DNA of 64,000 nucleotides. Source: Candidatus Woesearchaeota archaeon. GTDB lineage: Archaea > Nanobdellota > Nanobdellia > SCGC-AAA011-G17 > PNOQ01. This document shows positions 49,295-56,738 of the stretch, one piece after another. The notes under the pieces are model-generated. The model saw only the letters and a list, made by a program, of their open reading frames with translations. It ran no database searches and was not told the DNA's origin. The DNA lies in assembly GCA_043812195.1 (NCBI GenBank), contig JBDRML010000029.1, positions 48,263 through 112,262 on the forward strand. The letters are read 5' to 3'. A program made the translations under genes and the position numbers. The stretch's first letter is position 1. Every line of letters starts with the position of its first letter.

Positions 49295-50368
49295 TTACTT
49301 CATAAATTTAGGCAATAACTTCTCAGATTTCTTCCTATTTTTCCTAAATTCCTTCATAAATTCTAGAATTCTCTTAATAGTATAATCTTTCAACTCACCA
49401 GTTAACATCTTACCAGACTTATATTTCTTATAAATTTCATCTAATTTCTTATCATTTTCCTGAACAAAATACTTCAAATACATAAATGCCACATCAATAT
49501 CTGGATTTCCACCTTTTTTTCTATGCTCTTCGATAGTTTCCTGACCGCCAGAAAAAGCACTTTTAATCTTCTTTTTTATAACTTCATCACTATCACTAGT
49601 ATAAATAGCAGAAAACTCATCAGAAGCACTCATCTTTCCAGAACCTTTCAAACTAGGCATAAACTTACTCAACATACAACCAGGTTTAGTTAATTTCAAC
49701 TTATAAGCAACATCTCTACTCAATTTCACAAACACATCTTGATCAATTCCAATCAACACAAGAGAAGGCAACTTATATTTATAAGTCGGATATAAAATAT
49801 GCGCAGCTTGCATAGCAGGATAAAAACTCACACCAATATTTTTCTCATTAGTCAATCCCAATGCAGCTTTAACAGTTCCATAAGTCATAGCTTTAGAACA
49901 TTTAATACTTAAATTATACAAATCTTGATTCATATTTTCAAAATCAAATACAAACTCAGTTTTCTTAGGGTCAAAACCAAGAGCAATAATATCCAAAGCA
50001 TTATCATGAGCTAATTTTTTAGTTTCTTCTAAACTCAATTTATTATCAAATAAAAACTTTTCATCATCAGAAAAAGGAATAAACACATAACATCCAAACT
50101 TATCCTGCATTTCCTTAACAAACTTAAATAACATCAAATGAGCTAAATGCATATGAGCAGAAGGTCCTCTTCCAGAAACAATAGCAAACCTCTTACCAAC
50201 TAATTTATCCAAATCTCTATGAGCAAAAAAATAATCTCTCTCAACTAATTTCAAACCTTTAAACTTTTTCTTTAGTCTTTCATCTATAAAAGACGCACCA
50301 AACTCCTTTACAACTTTATTATAGTTGATTTCTCCTTCCACTTTATATGGTGTAATTTCCATAATCAA
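49295..50368 (-). CDS. trpS: tryptophan--tRNA ligase (archaeal/eukaryotic type)
   Basis: FFAHRD, SGRGPS..MHLAH, SDDEKF, GIDQD, KMSAS, AFSGG.....EHR..GGNP..D. Confidence 0.93.
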   Translation of the reverse strand: MIMEITPYKVEGEINYNKVVKEFGASFIDERLKKKFKGLKLVERDYFFAHRDLDKLVGKRFAIVSGRGPSAHMHLAHLMLFKFVKEMQDKFGCYVFIPFSDDEKFLFDNKLSLEETKKLAHDNALDIIALGFDPKKTEFVFDFENMNQDLYNLSIKCSKAMTYGTVKAALGLTNEKNIGVSFYPAMQAAHILYPTYKYKLPSLVLIGIDQDVFVKLSRDVAYKLKLTKPGCMLSKFMPSLKGSGKMSASDEFSAIYTSDSDEVIKKKIKSAFSGGQETIEEHRKKGGNPDIDVAFMYLKYFVQENDKKLDEIYKKYKSGKMLTGELKDYTIKRILEFMKEFRKNRKKSEKLLPKFMK

Positions 50369-50427
50369 AATTAAGAATCAGCTTATATAAAGATTTCTAA
50401 TAGATCACTTAATCCACCCATTAAAAC

Positions 50428-50472
50428 AAAGGTCGACAAGGTCGACAACCACCATCGAAAGTAGTTTATAAA
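50428..50472 (+). promoter_or_regulatory. conserved upstream motif plus TATA box of the LAGLIDADG/tRNA-Trp unit
   Basis: AAAGGTCGACAAGGTCGACAACCACCA followed by GAAAGTAGTTTATAAA; 26/27 identical to 62028-62054 (minus). Confidence 0.7.
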
Positions 50473-50492
50473 CAAAAATCAATATACTAAAG

Positions 50493-51233
50493 ATGAGATA
50501 TAAACTAGATAAGAGAAATGGTTTAATATTACCAAAAAATAAATCAACACTCTTAGCCGAAATAGTTGGAGCCATATTTGGAGATGGATATATGTCAGAC
50601 AGAAAAAAAGATGGATTCTCTTTAAAACTGTTTGGAAACTTAAAAAAGGATTGTAGATACATATTATTCTTAAAAAATAGTATAAAAAATATCTTTAATT
50701 TAAAAAATATCAAAATATCGAGAAATCAACAAAATAATTGTATTAAACTTTGTGTTTATTCAAGAACATTATGTGAATTTCTACATGAAGAATTACAAGT
50801 GCCATATTCACCAAAATTAAATCTCAAAATTCCAAGTTGGATAATAAATAACAAAGAATATTTTATTTATTTCATCAGAGGTTTATTTGATACTGATGGT
50901 TGTGTAACAATTCAAAAAGATAAGAAGTACAGATATCATGTGATAAAAATTTCTTGCAAAAAAAGTTTAGCTCTTTCATTAAAGGAAAATTTATTAAAAA
51001 TAAACATAAAATCATTTATATGTAAAAAGGGGTATAGAGATAATTACGATTTAATAGTAAAAAGAAAGAAAGAGGTAATCAAATGGGTAAAAATCATAGG
51101 TTCGAACAATTATAGAAACATAGAAAAATTAAAAGAAATAAAAGACAAGATTTATATAGAGAAAATAGATACTATTCCTTATAAAGCTGAGACCGGGACC
51201 ATAGCTCAATCTGGTAGAGTGACCGATTCTTGA
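50493..51233 (+). CDS. free-standing LAGLIDADG homing endonuclease, 3' end overlaps tRNA-Trp
   Basis: LAEIVGAIFGDG and FIRGLFDTDG; the TGA stop at 51231-51233 lies within tRNA intron 1. Confidence 0.88.
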   Translation: MRYKLDKRNGLILPKNKSTLLAEIVGAIFGDGYMSDRKKDGFSLKLFGNLKKDCRYILFLKNSIKNIFNLKNIKISRNQQNNCIKLCVYSRTLCEFLHEELQVPYSPKLNLKIPSWIINNKEYFIYFIRGLFDTDGCVTIQKDKKYRYHVIKISCKKSLALSLKENLLKINIKSFICKKGYRDNYDLIVKRKKEVIKWVKIIGSNNYRNIEKLKEIKDKIYIEKIDTIPYKAETGTIAQSGRVTDS

Positions 51234-51318
51234 AAAAGAAGTCAATGCTCCAGACCGGTTGATACTTAACAGTTATCTGTAAGTAGCCGAAATGGGGGTT
51301 CAAATCCCTCTGGTCTCA
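51195..51318 (+). tRNA. tRNA-Trp(CCA) with two BHB introns: 30/31 (51226-51246, 21 nt) and 45/46 (51262-51291, 30 nt)
   Basis: Acceptor GGGACCA/TGGTCTC. Spliced anticodon arm ACCGG-CTCCAGA-CCGGT, T arm GGGGG-TTCAAAT-CCCTC. BHB helices TGAC/GTCA and CGGT/GCCG with 3-nt bulges. Confidence 0.87.
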
Positions 51319-51325
51319 CTCATCT

Positions 51326-51592
51326 TTATTCTTTAAAAAATCTAGTATTCTCATACAAAATAAACAACAAAATAAACATTAATAGTCCAAGAATTACAAA
51401 TTCCATATTTTTACTAACAACTTCTCTCTCATTTGGAGGTTCTTTAGCAAACTCACATTCAACTACTTCCTCACAAAAAGGCGAAGGCAAACAACATGTC
51501 TGTTCAAAAATAGCAAACCCACTCAAACCACTTCCTAATAAAAATAATCCAATACCAGCAATCACCCATATAATAGCACTTTTCAGATTCAT
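51326..51592 (-). CDS. small two-TM protein with a Cys-rich loop
   Basis: SGFAI..TCC.....C.....C between two hydrophobic helices. Confidence 0.55.
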   Translation of the reverse strand: MNLKSAIIWVIAGIGLFLLGSGLSGFAIFEQTCCLPSPFCEEVVECEFAKEPPNEREVVSKNMEFVILGLLMFILLFILYENTRFFKE

Positions 51593-51632
51593 ATTTATCT
51601 AATAAAAATACAACTATAAAAATCTTTTTATA

Positions 51633-52016
51633 TTATTTTTTAGTCAAATTATAAGCACGTTCAATCATAGTTTTTCTAAAATCTAATCCATCCAATATTC
51701 CATGTCTATAAAAATCAGCACGCTCACCATTTAATTCAGGTGAGCTAGAACCTGTATTTTTACTAAATACTTCACTAAATCCAGCTAAGTACAACATAAA
51801 ATCTTTTGTCATTCGTTTTGTAGGAATATATGGTGTAACACTATCAACAACAAAATCATTAGGATCTTCAATATTCTGTCCTACTATATTAAAAGGTGAT
51901 TGTAAAATAATATTATAATTAGGATATTTATTCTTAAATAAATCTCTAAAACTATTTCGTAATTCTTCTATAGATTTACTTTCTCCCCCCACAAAATTTT
52001 TATCATCTAAACTCAT
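51633..52016 (-). CDS. hypothetical protein
   Basis: 127-aa ORF with an upstream TATA box. Confidence 0.5.
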   Translation of the reverse strand: MSLDDKNFVGGESKSIEELRNSFRDLFKNKYPNYNIILQSPFNIVGQNIEDPNDFVVDSVTPYIPTKRMTKDFMLYLAGFSEVFSKNTGSSSPELNGERADFYRHGILDGLDFRKTMIERAYNLTKK

Positions 52017-52121
52017 ATTACCAAAACCTTTTGTTTATAGTATCTTTATAAAGATTTGTTTTATCTATTTCGATAAATCTTTTCGCAAACTATTTAAACC
52101 TCTTTTCTAAAAAATCTAATA

Positions 52122-52916
52122 ATGAAACACAAATTACCAATCATTTTAATTATCCTAACATTATTCTTAGCAACCCAAATAATAGGTTTATTCATAACAC
52201 AAGAATACCTAACACAAGCACAATTACCATTAGGAATAGAAAGACCAGAATTCGAAACAACAGGAAGCTATTTTTCATTATTAGTTGGTTTAGTTATTGT
52301 AATAGCATTAGCATTATTTATAATAAAGGTAGGAGCAATGAAAATCTGGCGTATCTGGTTCTTCTTAGCCTCAGCATATCTTTTAACAATAGCATTCGGT
52401 GCATTCTTCGCAGGAACATATGCTCTAATAATAGCCCTATTATTTACAACTATAAGGTTCATACGACCAAGTGTTATAATACATAACTTTTCAGAATTAT
52501 TTGTCTATAGTGGAATAGCAGCAATATTCGTACCAATAATGAGTTTCCTAGCTGTTAGTATACTATTAATTGTAATTTCAATCTATGATATGATAGCAGT
52601 TTGGAAAACAAAACACATGATTAAGATAGCAGAATTTCAAGCACAATCTAAAATGTTTGCAGGTTTATTTATCCCATATAAACAAGGCAAAAAACAAGCA
52701 GTAGCAATCCTTGGTGGGGGAGATATTGGCTTCACAATGTTATTCGCAGGTGTAGTTATGAAAACTTCTGGAATGTTAGATGGAATAATAGTTGCAGTTT
52801 GTGTAACATTAGCACTAGCATCCTTATTATTATTCGCAAAAAATAAATATTATCCAGCTATGCCCTACCTTACAGCAGGCTGCGCAATTGGATATTTAAT
52901 TACACTTCTTGTATAA
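52122..52916 (+). CDS. presenilin / signal-peptide-peptidase family (A22) intramembrane aspartyl protease
   Basis: ISIYDMIAVW.TKHM, LGGGD and PAMP motifs; multi-TM. Confidence 0.9.
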   Translation: MKHKLPIILIILTLFLATQIIGLFITQEYLTQAQLPLGIERPEFETTGSYFSLLVGLVIVIALALFIIKVGAMKIWRIWFFLASAYLLTIAFGAFFAGTYALIIALLFTTIRFIRPSVIIHNFSELFVYSGIAAIFVPIMSFLAVSILLIVISIYDMIAVWKTKHMIKIAEFQAQSKMFAGLFIPYKQGKKQAVAILGGGDIGFTMLFAGVVMKTSGMLDGIIVAVCVTLALASLLLFAKNKYYPAMPYLTAGCAIGYLITLLV

Positions 52917-53043
52917 TCTCTTGTTTTTTAATTAATGTCTGTTTAAATTCAACACAACCACAAAAACAATTCATATATGTTGGAGCTTTTTCATTTTCAG
53001 CAGTATAAATTGCTCCACATTCTTTACATTTTATTTCTAACAT
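52900..53043 (-). CDS. small zinc-ribbon protein (47 aa), not in ORF track
   Basis: MLEIKCKECGAIY...NCFCGCVEF. Confidence 0.55.
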   Translation of the reverse strand: MLEIKCKECGAIYTAENEKAPTYMNCFCGCVEFKQTLIKKQEIIQEV

Positions 53044-53405
53044 TTTTCATCTCCAAAATTTATTTCTAATTGATATGTTTCTTTTTCAGGAAGAACATAT
53101 AACGAATTTTGTGTCCCAGAACCGTTAAGTCTATTAAAAGCAGGAATTAGAACATTTCTAATTCTTTCTTCTGTCACAGGCATTATACCATGCACATCAG
53201 CAAAAGGCAAAATAAAGATATCATCAAGTTGATAATCTGGATTAAACGGATTCTCAGAAACATCCGCAACTACAGGTTCCAAAACAATTCTCTCAAAATT
53301 TCCTTCCTTAAGAAATCCATTAAAACTAGAACCACCCTTATCAAAAACCCTAACATATCTATTCAAGCATTCTTTATATGTAAATTTAGCCATTTTAGTA
53401 AACAA
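53037..53405 (-). CDS. hypothetical protein (possibly Sm-like fold)
   Basis: LNRYVRV......FNGFL pattern; coupled to its neighbours. Confidence 0.45.
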   Translation of the reverse strand: MFTKMAKFTYKECLNRYVRVFDKGGSSFNGFLKEGNFERIVLEPVVADVSENPFNPDYQLDDIFILPFADVHGIMPVTEERIRNVLIPAFNRLNGSGTQNSLYVLPEKETYQLEINFGDEKC

Positions 53406-53868
53406 CTCCTATCAAAAGATATCTCATTTGTTCAAATCTAATTTTTCCAGGATCTGTAAAAGTCGAATTGTCTCCTTTAGTAACAGCATACCAACCTTCA
53501 TCATCCATTCCAATATCAATAACTCTATGAACAACTAATTTATCAGTCCAGTCTGGCTCATAAGTCACAATATCTCCAATCTGAATATCATCTGTAGAGC
53601 CAGGAATTATCTGCAATCCATTAGCACCAGCATCAATAACAGGGTCCATTGAATTACTATCAGCGTATCTAGACCATTTAGCATTATCTACAAAAATAAC
53701 AATTCTATCTTCATAAATAACAATCTGTCTTTCTTTTATAATATCTGAAGGCGAAACAAGCTCTCTAGGCATAACATTAATAGGATTTTCATAATCTCCA
53801 CTATAAACACTATTAGTAAGCCATCCTAGTAAAAATACCAATATCACCACAAATATTAACGATTTCAT
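53395..53868 (-). CDS. signal peptidase I (S26) family protein
   Basis: SNSMDP, GDIVTY, VVHRV, TKGDN. Confidence 0.8.
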   Translation of the reverse strand: MKSLIFVVILVFLLGWLTNSVYSGDYENPINVMPRELVSPSDIIKERQIVIYEDRIVIFVDNAKWSRYADSNSMDPVIDAGANGLQIIPGSTDDIQIGDIVTYEPDWTDKLVVHRVIDIGMDDEGWYAVTKGDNSTFTDPGKIRFEQMRYLLIGVVY

Positions 53869-53952
53869 ACATTAAACTAGTGTTTTTTCATTTATAAACC
53901 TTTCTATTTGTTATTATTTGTAAGTAGTTAAAATTAAAAAGAAATAAGAAAA

Positions 53953-54324
53953 TTACCATCCAACAAGTTTTTCTATTCTTGCTCTCTCTATTCTTCTATC
54001 ATATTCATCTGGTATGCTTTCAAGATGTCTCTCATAATTAATACCTTCTAATGTTGAATCAGGAAATACAAGTATATTATCACTTTTTAAAACTTCATAT
54101 GTTCTAACAATTTTTAAATCATCAGTATATCTAAAAATTTTCATACTATCTGCTATCCTTATCAGATTAGCTCCAATTATAATACCACCAGCAATTCCAA
54201 TTACAGCTCCACCTGTAGCACAACAAAATCCAATATCTTCTTTGCTTACCATTTTTGCCCCCGTAATATTAAATATAATAAAAAGAAGAAAAGCTATTCC
54301 TTTATAAATCTTCTTAATTATCAT
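53953..54324 (-). CDS. hypothetical membrane protein (start possibly internal)
   Basis: Gly-rich TM segment. Confidence 0.45.
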   Translation of the reverse strand: MIIKKIYKGIAFLLFIIFNITGAKMVSKEDIGFCCATGGAVIGIAGGIIIGANLIRIADSMKIFRYTDDLKIVRTYEVLKSDNILVFPDSTLEGINYERHLESIPDEYDRRIERARIEKLVGW

Positions 54325-54351
54325 AACTTTAAAGTAATATCTTTCCTAAAC

Positions 54352-54849
54352 TTACCCCCTCAACAAAAACTTAGCAAACAAAGCTCCAGCCACAAATGGA
54401 AAGAATATAAAATCATAACTCACAATAAAAGGCTCAAACAACAACAAAATAAAAGGAACCCCAAAAAATATCAAATTAGAAACAACAAACATAGTCATTT
54501 TCTTACCATATTCCAAAGCTCCATAAGTCAATCCCAATAAAAATATCACACCCACAAAAATATAAGCAAATGTCTGACTATATGCAAAAGACAAAAATAA
54601 AGCAAAACCTAAATACAAATAAACTCTACTTATTCCCATAAACACCATAAAACCAGCAACAAAAGATATAATCAAAAATATAAAACTATCCCAAGTCTCA
54701 TATAACAATAGAATAACCAAAACCAACAATAAAACTCTCTCTAACAAATGAAAATACTTTTTACCAGACTTCAGCTCATCTTTTGTAAAATAAGCCAAAA
54801 TCAGTCCAATAATCAATCCCCCAAAAGCTATTGCTGATTCAATAAGCAT
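54352..54849 (-). CDS. hypothetical multi-pass membrane protein
   Basis: Highly hydrophobic; G..LA..TKDELKSGKKYF. Confidence 0.6.
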   Translation of the reverse strand: MLIESAIAFGGLIIGLILAYFTKDELKSGKKYFHLLERVLLLVLVILLLYETWDSFIFLIISFVAGFMVFMGISRVYLYLGFALFLSFAYSQTFAYIFVGVIFLLGLTYGALEYGKKMTMFVVSNLIFFGVPFILLLFEPFIVSYDFIFFPFVAGALFAKFLLRG

Positions 54850-54890
54850 AAAAATATTAGGTTAAATCAGATATAAATAGTTTTTGTTAA

Positions 54891-55916
54891 TTTTAATCCA
54901 ATATCCGCTCTTTTTTAACAAAAAATAATCTTTCAAAAAACTTATAAAAACGTGCAGATTCTCATTTTTTATACAAAATTTACAGCTCTCAATATCTTTG
55001 AGAGCCATATTTTATGAAAATGGAAAGTCAAAAAAAATTATCTGAGATTATAATTGATTTAGAACTTAGTAGTTTATGTAATCTTTCTTGTACATTTTGC
55101 CCCAGAAGTAAGATAAAAAGATCAAAACATTTCATAGACTTAAACACTATAGATAGTTTAATCCCTATAATTGATGAAAAACATATTATCTGGTTTTCTG
55201 GAATGGGAGAACCTTTCCTACATCCAAATCTTCCAGAAATAATAAGAAGAATAAAAAAAAGTGGGGCCAAAGTTTATACTAATACTAATGCTTCAGCACC
55301 AAGGTATAAAGATACACTTGACATTGCTATCAAAGAAGGATTAGATTATGTTAATATAAGTATATATGGACACGATAATGAATCCTATAAAACTAATACT
55401 AGAAAAAATGTTTTTGATAGAGTTTTAGATAATGTAAAATTTTTACAAAATTTAAAAGTACCATATAGAATATCATATGTAGCTTCTTCAGAAGTTAATA
55501 AAAATGAATTAAGGAAAAAATTAGAAGATGTTTTTGGAACAGATAAAATTAGATTGCCTCAACTGCACCACAGAAGCTTTTCATCGCGAGAACAATCAAT
55601 ATCGGGGTGTGCTTTGGCACAATTTTATTTATTTATCTCCTCTGATGGAAATGTTTTTTCATGTGTAAATGATGTTAGTGGAGAAAATAATTTTGGAAAA
55701 GATATATACACTGCTGCAGGGGAAAAAAGAAAAGAATATCCCTTTAAGATTTGTGTGTATTGTGATGAACCCCACAGAACCATACCTTATAAAGAAGATT
55801 ATTTTCAAAGGGTTTTTGATTTAAGTTCTAGACAGAAATAATGTTTTAAGCCAAAATCAAATCAATAATTAACTCTATAAAAACTTTTAATCCAATAATC
55901 TCTCTTTTTTAACAAA
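54891..55916. repeat. 32-bp imperfect direct repeat (54891-54922 and 55885-55916, 29/32) flanking the radical SAM gene
   Basis: TTTTAATCCAATA[TCCG/ATCT]CTCTTTTTTAACAAA; the second copy is the 3' end of the 55887-56336 gene. Confidence 0.7.
55014..55841 (+). CDS. radical SAM protein with SPASM/twitch-like C-terminus
   Basis: CNLSCTFC, GMGEPFLHP, TN, C...DGNVFSC...C..C. Confidence 0.88.
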   Translation: MKMESQKKLSEIIIDLELSSLCNLSCTFCPRSKIKRSKHFIDLNTIDSLIPIIDEKHIIWFSGMGEPFLHPNLPEIIRRIKKSGAKVYTNTNASAPRYKDTLDIAIKEGLDYVNISIYGHDNESYKTNTRKNVFDRVLDNVKFLQNLKVPYRISYVASSEVNKNELRKKLEDVFGTDKIRLPQLHHRSFSSREQSISGCALAQFYLFISSDGNVFSCVNDVSGENNFGKDIYTAAGEKRKEYPFKICVYCDEPHRTIPYKEDYFQRVFDLSSRQK

Positions 55917-56336
55917 TAAGCTTCTAACAAACCAGTACATAGAATACAATTCAAAGGAAAATGGAAAATATCCCAAATACCCCAAAACAGACATTTCAAA
56001 TATCTTAAAAAAACCAACAAAAGGAATATCACAGGTCCATTTAGATATTGCCCAATAATTCCAAAATTCCCATAAAAAACCCAAAATAATTCCAGCTAAA
56101 AGCAAAGATAAAGGCACAGCAAGTTTTTTATTTTTAATATGTCCTAAAATACTTGGTTGTTTATTTAAGTAATTCAAAGGATCTAAAATAAAAAAGAAAC
56201 CAAGCAAAACCAATGGAAAGGTAAATTTTGGCAAAAGTAAGGGAACAACAAAAAATACCACCCCAATCATTATCATAACTTTCAAGAAACTCTTGCTTAT
56301 CTTATATTTTTTTTGTAATTTAATCTTATCAAACAC
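55887..56336 (-). CDS. membrane protein, probably an N-terminally truncated fragment
   Basis: GFLWEFWNYWA..KW, IFEM..LGYLGY.PF; weak TTG start. Confidence 0.5.
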   Translation of the reverse strand: MFDKIKLQKKYKISKSFLKVMIMIGVVFFVVPLLLPKFTFPLVLLGFFFILDPLNYLNKQPSILGHIKNKKLAVPLSLLLAGIILGFLWEFWNYWAISKWTCDIPFVGFFKIFEMSVLGYLGYFPFSFELYSMYWFVRSLFVKKERLLD

Positions 56337-56664
56337 AGCACAACAACAAAGCCGAAAAAAATATAAATCTATTTTCCATTACAAGTTTATGCAAAATAAA
56401 TATTTAGGAGTTGTACATACCAAAAACGTAGGAAATATTACATTTTTTACTGTAGGCATATATTCTTATCAAGACCATAAGACTCAAGATTATGAACAAG
56501 TGGCCGAATTTGGAAGAGCTATTTCTGTACTTTGTAGATATATTTCAAAAGCACCCGAATTAATAGAACAAGAGATATCTACAGGACTTCTAAGTTCCGA
56601 CCAAGAAGAAGCTATCAAATCAGTAAGAAAACTATTTCTTGAACAAAGAGTATTAACACAGTAG
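56293..56664 (+). CDS. hypothetical protein (start uncertain)
   Basis: ORF only. Confidence 0.35.
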   Translation: MLILYFFCNLILSNTAQQQSRKKYKSIFHYKFMQNKYLGVVHTKNVGNITFFTVGIYSYQDHKTQDYEQVAEFGRAISVLCRYISKAPELIEQEISTGLLSSDQEEAIKSVRKLFLEQRVLTQ

Positions 56665-56738
56665 CTTAAAATAAAAAAGCTCGACAAACACCAGCACAAT
56701 CTTTAAAAGCGTTTATTTTAGTCTAAAACTTCTTTAAA

